Shown here piece by piece: positions 57,941 through 64,000 of a DNA stretch of 64,000 nucleotides. The DNA lies in NCBI GenBank assembly GCA_020137815.1, contig CM035362.1, positions 124,001 to 188,000 of the forward strand, written 5' to 3'. The DNA comes from Hormiphora californensis (taxonomy: Eukaryota; Animalia; Ctenophora). Under the pieces are notes generated by a model. That model did not search any database, was not told the origin of the DNA, and was given only the letters and a program-made list of their open reading frames with translations. Numbering within the stretch: position 1 is the first letter of the stretch; the number at the start of each line of letters is the position of its first letter. A program made the translations under genes and the position numbers.

Positions 57941-58624
57941 TTCCCCACTAACTCACCGTTATCAGAGAACCGTGCTAGGAGCAGGCAGTCTACTGCAGTC
58001 CCTTTCAAATTAAGGAAAACGAGTTGTCTGTATACAAACTGTGTCAGTGCGGGATATAAACTGTCATTTTTATTATTATTATTATTATTAATCAAGTTCT
58101 ATCCAGATAGTTATTAGATCATTGTTTCCGTGCCTACTGTCCATCTCAGTCGCAAGCCCGCTTTAGGTAACTGCTGAAGCTCTAAGCCTCTCAGCCTTGT
58201 AGGATATATATGACTTATTTGTATATGTCTGTAGTGTGAGAGCGGGACGAGTCACTTATATGACTCTAATATAAATATTGAAGTTCATTTTCATTTTTTT
58301 CTACGGTGAGTTTTAGGACAGATGCACCAACCGGGAGGTCATGCTACGCCAAGAACGTGTGTCAGAGTTGTCACTGAGTCACTTTTCCGGCAGTATGTTT
58401 CGTCTCTTGCGGTGGGACGTCTTTGGAAGATGTCCCCAGAGGTGCAACTGCAAGGGATGTGACGGTTCACGGTTCCACTGCTTATACATAAGAATGTCCA
58501 TCTGATGGATCGAAGTGAATTGGATAGTTACAAGTTAAACCGTTCATTGATTAAGATGACCACTGAGATAGACCTCCGGCTATCGCGATGAGTCCAAAGT
58601 CTCTATTGTTTTTAAAAACCCTTC

Positions 58625-60520
58625 TCCCCCAGGAATCAGATAGAACGGCTGAAAATGTGACACTGTAAATTGATGGTGTATTCATCAATCTAAAAGGAAC
58701 TCCCGGTGATGCATCATTGATCATGTAGATACTATTACTGATTACTGAAATAAATGAAGAATAAGCCCTGGGGAAATCTCGGTGAGGGCTCTCTCTATCT
58801 GAACCATCTCCATTCCGTATCAATCTGCCTCTTTTCGCTAAAGTAAGTGAAATTCCAAAACATCCTCCCCTCTTGCCATACAACCTCCCGGCTCCCCACC
58901 CTCATAATCTACCCACACAAACAAGGCCAAGGGAAAGAGAGGGACGGTCTTTCCTCCTTCATTATACCCCTCTCTATCTCTACTCCTCTTCAACCTCCCC
59001 TTGATCCTCCCCTTAATATTCCTCTCCTCCATAACTTGTCCGTATCTACTATCCCCATTCATCTTCCTCTCCTTCATCTTCCTAAAGTGCGGACTCCCCC
59101 GAGTAAAGTGTAGTATCAATTTAGTCTCTCTCATTTGTACTAACCCTTCTTTACCTCTCCCAGGATTCCGATAGAACAGCTGAAAGTTTGATACTCTGAA
59201 TTGGTGGTGTATTTATCAATCTAAAAGTAACTTCCAGTAACTCGAATTCATCATGTGGACACGATTACTGATTACTGAAGTGAAGACAAGCCCTTGGGCA
59301 CTCTCGGTGAGGGCTGTTTCTCTATCTGAACCATCTCCGCTCCATATCCATATGCTTCCTTTCGCAGTAAGTCAGCCTTATTCTAAACAGTTTTCCCCTT
59401 CTACCATACAACCCCCGCCTCCCCCCACACCCACATAATCTACCCATACTTTATACCCGCCCCTCCGTCACATCCTTCTACATTCATTTCCCCCTTGGCC
59501 TTTATTCCTCCCCTCCATCTCCCCCTTTTTCCTTCTCTCCTTCTTCCTCTACTCATTCATCCCCCTTCATCTCCCTCTCCATCCGTTCCTTCATTCCCCT
59601 TTTATCCTACCACGTTACCCCCCCCCCCCCCTTCGACCTTCGCCCTCCTTCGTCCAGGCTTTCTAGATAGTAGATACCCATTCATTTCCCACTTCATCCC
59701 CCATCTCCTTCATTCCCCCTTTATCCTCTCCTCCATTTCCCCCTCTCCTCCATATCCCGTCCGTATCCACTATAAGATCGAGTAAAGTGTGTATCAATTT
59801 AGTCTCTCTCATTTGTACTAACCCTTCCTTACCTCTCCCAGGATTCCGATAGAACGGCTGAAAATTTGATACTCTGGATTGGTGGTGCATTTATCAATCT
59901 AAAAGTAACTTCCAGTGACTCGAATTCATCATGTGGACACTATTACTGATTACTGAAGTGAAGAAAAGCCCTGGGGCACTCTCGGTTATGCATATATATG
60001 GCCTTTTCTCTCTGGACCATCTCCGCTCCATATCCATCTGCTTCTTTTCGCAGTAAGTCAGCCTCCCTTATTCCAAACAGTTTTCCCCTTCTACCATACA
60101 ACCCCCGCTCCACCACACCCACATAATCTACCCATACTGTATACCAGCCCCTCCGTCACATCCTTCTACATTCATTTCCCCTTGGCCTGCTATTCCTCCC
60201 CTCAAATCCCCTCCATCTCCCCCTTTTTTCCTTCTCTCCTTCTTCCTCTACTCATTCATTCCCCCTTCATATCCCCCTTCCATCCGTTTTTTCATTTCAC
60301 ATTTTATCCTACCCCTTTATCCCCCCCGTCGACCTTCGCCCTCCTTCGTCCACCCTTTCTAGATGGTAGATACCCATTCATCCTCCATCTCCTCCTTCAC
60401 CCCCCCCCCCTTTATCCTCCCCCGAACTAATCTTTCATTTTCTCCACTCTTTCATTACCAACTCCTTTCATATTACTGAAGCCCTGGGGCCCATAGGTGA
60501 GGGATTTCTCTATCTGAAGT
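58625..60520. repeat. Three diverged copies of a ~220-bp module bounded by ...CCCAG and GTAAGT, separated by CT-rich spacers; partial fourth copy
   Basis: Copies at ~58625-58850, 59155-59375 and 59835-60060; fragment at 60470-60520. Confidence 0.8.
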
Positions 60521-60573
60521 TCAGATTGTGAACCTTGTGTAGCTCAGACTGGATTTCATTTCATAATCTGCGA

Positions 60574-61279
60574 TGGTTACGAAATAACCCCTTTAAAGTA
60601 AGAGTGTTTTCTCACAAAACTTAGTGGATGAACGGGGAGTATCACCAGGACCATTGGTACGGTATCGAAAATTTCCAATTCTGTCTCGTTCATTAGTTAT
60701 GACGTAATATGTTCATTATTTCAACTTTCATAAAATTGCTCTACAGAAAAATCTGTGCATTGTGGATTGAAATGGATGCTTACATCGTGTTCAGCGTCAA
60801 AAAATAGTCGGGGTACCAAATTTTGGTGTCTCTACCTTGTCTGTGACGCGAGATATCGACAATTATCAAAAACGACCAAAATGGGTGAGAGAGAGATTGT
60901 TATCTTTGGGTGCTAGTTGTTTGTGTGCGCCACCCAAGTGTAACAAACTCTCTTTCTCTCACTTTGGTCGTTTTTTATATTTGTCAATATCTCGCGTCAC
61001 AGACAAGGTAGAGACACCAAAATTTGGTACCTCGACTATTTTTTGACGCTGAAAACGATGCAAGCATCCATTTCAATCCACAATGCACATATTTTTCTGT
61101 AGAGCAGTTTTATGAAAGTTGAAATAATGAACATATTACGTCATAACTAATGAACGAGACAGAATTGGAAATTTTCGATACCGTACCAATGGTCCTGGTG
61201 GTACTCCCCGTTCATCCACTAAGTTTTGTGAGAAAACACGGTGTGCCACTCTTACTTTAAAGGGGTTATTTCGTAACCA
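60574..61279. mobile_element. ~700-bp foldback element: inner TTAA-flanked part (60597-61256, AG...CT ends, Kolobok/piggyBac-like) inside a short palindromic repeat
   Basis: Arms of ~340 bp are near-perfect reverse complements around an ~18-nt loop. TTAA at 60593-60596 and 61257-61260. The outer motif ggttacgaaataacccc recurs at ~28460 and ~34710. Confidence 0.88.
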
Positions 61280-62079
61280 AACTCACTGTGTGGTGTATGC
61301 ACTATGATCCACCCCTTCATTTGGCCACATTGATACCTGAGTGAGATCGACGTTGCGACTGAGATCGATCTCAGGAGCGAGAATAGGTTGCAATGGAGCC
61401 AACCCTTTCATCTAGCCCCACCCTCATCTACCTCTCTTTCTTCATTTGTTCCCTTCATTCTCCTTCGCCATTTCCTCCTTCTATTCATTCCTCCGGAGTC
61501 CGGTCCTGCTTCATGCCCGTCCTGTACTCATCCATCTCCCCCTCTATCTCAACCTCTGTCTCCCCCTCCAATCTCCATCTCCCGCTTCATCCTCCCCTTT
61601 TAAATCTTCTTCTACCCCTTCATCCCCTTCTCCATCTTCCTCTCTTCTGTCGGTTACAAAGAAGTAAAAGTGGCTACGAGACATGTTCTTGCGGCGAGTA
61701 CTAGCAGATAAATTTCCACTGCGAGAGTGCGAGGTCCCTGCTAAGTTGGTGGCGCCGTCACCTCTCTAGAGACTTACAACTCAGCCCGGGCTTTGCGGGC
61801 TTCGTTTTGGCACGCTACGCAAGCGAGTTGTAAGGGTTACTGCGTCACCAACCTGCTAAGAAGAAGGCGAAGAAGAGGTAGTGTTGTGTTCGTTTCCTTG
61901 GGGTTAGTTACTTAGTTTGGTAGCCCGCAGTATAGTACATGTTCACAATTTTCATTTACCTCCTTCATCTTCCCATTCATCTCATTCAATCCTCTCTTTC
62001 ATTTCCTCATTACATCCTTTAAATCAAGTCATAATCTAAGACATCTCCCGAACCTCGTCCTGTCTTATCTCCAAAGTAT

Positions 62080-62700
62080 CAAACCTCACCCTGTCATCTC
62101 TTCCAAACCTCACCCTGTTTTCTCTCCCAAACCTCATCATGTCTTCTCTCCCAAACCTCACCCTGTCTTCTCTCCCAAACGTCACCCTGTTTTCTCTCCC
62201 AAACATCACCCTGTCTTCTCTCCCAAACGTCACCCTGTCTTCTTTCCCAAACGTCACTACGTCTTCTCTCCCAAACATCACACTGTCTTCTCTCAAAAAC
62301 CTCACCCTGTCATCTCTTCCAAACCTCACCCTGTCTTCTCTCTCAAACCTCACCATGTCTTCTCTCCCAAACCTCACCCTGCCTTCTCTCCCAAACGTCA
62401 CCATGTCTTCTCTCCCAAACGCCACCCTGTCATCTCTCCCAAACGTCACCATGTCATCTCTCCCGAACGTCACTACGTCTTCTCTCACAAGAATCACTAC
62501 GTCTTCTCTCCCAAACCTCACCCTGTCTTCTCTCCCAAACGTCACCCTGTCTTCTCTCCCAAACCTCACCCTGTCTTCTCTCCCAAACCTCACCCTGTCT
62601 TCTCTCCCAAACCTCACCCTGTCTTCTCTCCCGAACCCCACCCTGTATTCTCTCCCGAACCCCACCCAGCACCCTGTCTTATCTCCCAAACCTCGCCCCA
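62080..62700. repeat. 24-bp minisatellite (ctctcccaaacctcaccctgtctt), ~25 copies
   Basis: Seen directly. The 8-codon unit explains the long ORFs on both strands. Confidence 0.95.
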
Positions 62701-63399
62701 TATTCTCTGCCGAGTGTTCTGTTTGGCACTGTAATCTGGATACCACAGTAGCTAGGGTATTTTGTGATCTCATCTCTCTCCACCTCTCAGGTCCCTGGTC
62801 CCAGTTTAATGATTGGTTACGATCCGAACCTGGGACATATTGCAGTTAAATGCCGCATTCGTTTCGGTATACATCGGGTTGTCGTCAAATAAATAGATGA
62901 ACAGTAGTGTTGATACTGCTGATATAATAGACTATCTTTGGTGATATTTGTGATATCCCGGTGATATTTTATAAATCTCTGTGGGCTAAAGAAAGGAGTA
63001 GGGGTTGATTATGCCACTTCCCAATTGCTGGCAGTCAGGATAAAATATTGTTTACAAATTACATCTCATGTGTTATTTTGTAATTTGTTGCTTTGTTGTA
63101 TTGACCACTAAAAACAATTTGTATCAATTTATTTCCGGCATGGTAGGGGATTCAAACCGCCCCTCGTCTTTGATTCAAGGTCAAAGATACAAGGTTTAGG
63201 GATCGCTCGCCTAATTATGTAATTGTCACAAAATGGGACTCTGTCTCAGTTCACGAACATGCTTTGTGTAGCGCGCGGGATAGGTCTAATGGTGAAATGA
63301 ATCCTGCGCGCGCCGTCAGTAATGGGCGCTGGAAAGGGGTTTTCGGCAAGGGTGCGCGGGATAGACTACTGGCCCCTATCGGGGGCCAGCAACGTTTGC

Positions 63400-63701
63400 C
63401 AATAGGGATCCCTAAAAAAGTTCAGTATTTACACAGAGTTTACACAGTCTTTACACAGTCGTTACACCCAGAGCGCCCGCGCCGCTCTGGGTGTAAAGAC
63501 TGCGTCTTTCGCACTCGATTTGCAGCGTTTTCGGAATCTTTTTTCGCCGCAGCGCTCAATTTACTCAATTGTGCAGCACACAATCCAATATTTTCTTAGA
63601 AAAAGCCGCAAAACGCAGCACGCGCCGCTCTGGGTGTAATGACTGTGTAAAGACTGTGTAAACTCTGTGTAAATACTGAACTTTTTTAGGGATCCCTATT
63701 G
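63400..63701. mobile_element. MITE with ~75-bp terminal inverted repeats
   Basis: CAATAGGGATCCCTAAAAAAGTTCAGTATTTACACAG ... CTGTGTAAATACTGAACTTTTTTAGGGATCCCTATTG. A related end occurs at ~56384. Confidence 0.85.
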
Positions 63702-63955
63702 CTAACAATTCATCGATTTTGGCGGTCGAGACGGGTTAGGGCTGTTGTTAGGATCTTTTTTATTTTGTTCAAGAAAGATTTTCCTCTAGATTTTCTTGTG
63801 TCGGGCGCCGTTACGATCTGTTTTTTTTCGTGGCCTGTTTACAGGTGCTCGCTGCCAAAAAACTAAAAAGTTGATTCACTAAAATGGCTCTTACCGCCAA
63901 ACCACTCAACCGTTTTGGCTTATTCAAAGTTTATTTGATAGGAAATGTCAAGGAA
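63698..63955. repeat. Interspersed repeat fragments
   Basis: 63698-63745 is the reverse complement of ~47948-47988, and ~63800-63953 of ~50845-50990. Confidence 0.75.
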
Positions 63956-64000
63956 ATGTCAGACTGTACGATTTTTAGTAAAAAGGCAACGTGTGTCAAT

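Noticed and set aside
62036-62849. LRR-like (LSSLPNLT)n or (FGREDRV)n proteins
   Set aside because: A 24-bp minisatellite that is stop-free on both strands, with no supporting gene context.

Overview
Eukaryotic, intron-containing animal DNA, not prokaryotic. It is gene-dense with short introns often filled by minisatellites. An invertebrate, possibly an early-branching one such as a ctenophore, is my inference and cannot be proven from this window. Bases ~1.9-24.6 kb look indel-rich (decayed, or low-quality long-read consensus) and hold L2/CR1-type LINE pieces, Penelope-like elements and a fragmented NRF-6/OACYL acyltransferase gene. From 24.8 kb there is a compact, mostly minus-strand gene run: ABHD12; a TIMMDC1-like gene; two plus-strand secreted Ala/Lys/Thr-rich coiled-coil proteins with a 56-residue period; a Tim17-like membrane protein with an EF-hand-like tail; BRCA1 (RING + 2 BRCT); four tandem 4-TM paralogs; a membrane-anchored sulfatase homolog lacking its catalytic residues; and HINT. 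The window ends with a LINE ORF1, foldback MITEs and satellites. Best leads: the secreted silk-like coiled-coil pair, the pseudo-sulfatase, operon-like spacing with a splice acceptor just before almost every ATG, a ~27-copy AG|GT splice-donor array in BRCA1, and a tandem X-box-like palindrome array. All gene models and motif matches were read by eye; no database searches were run.
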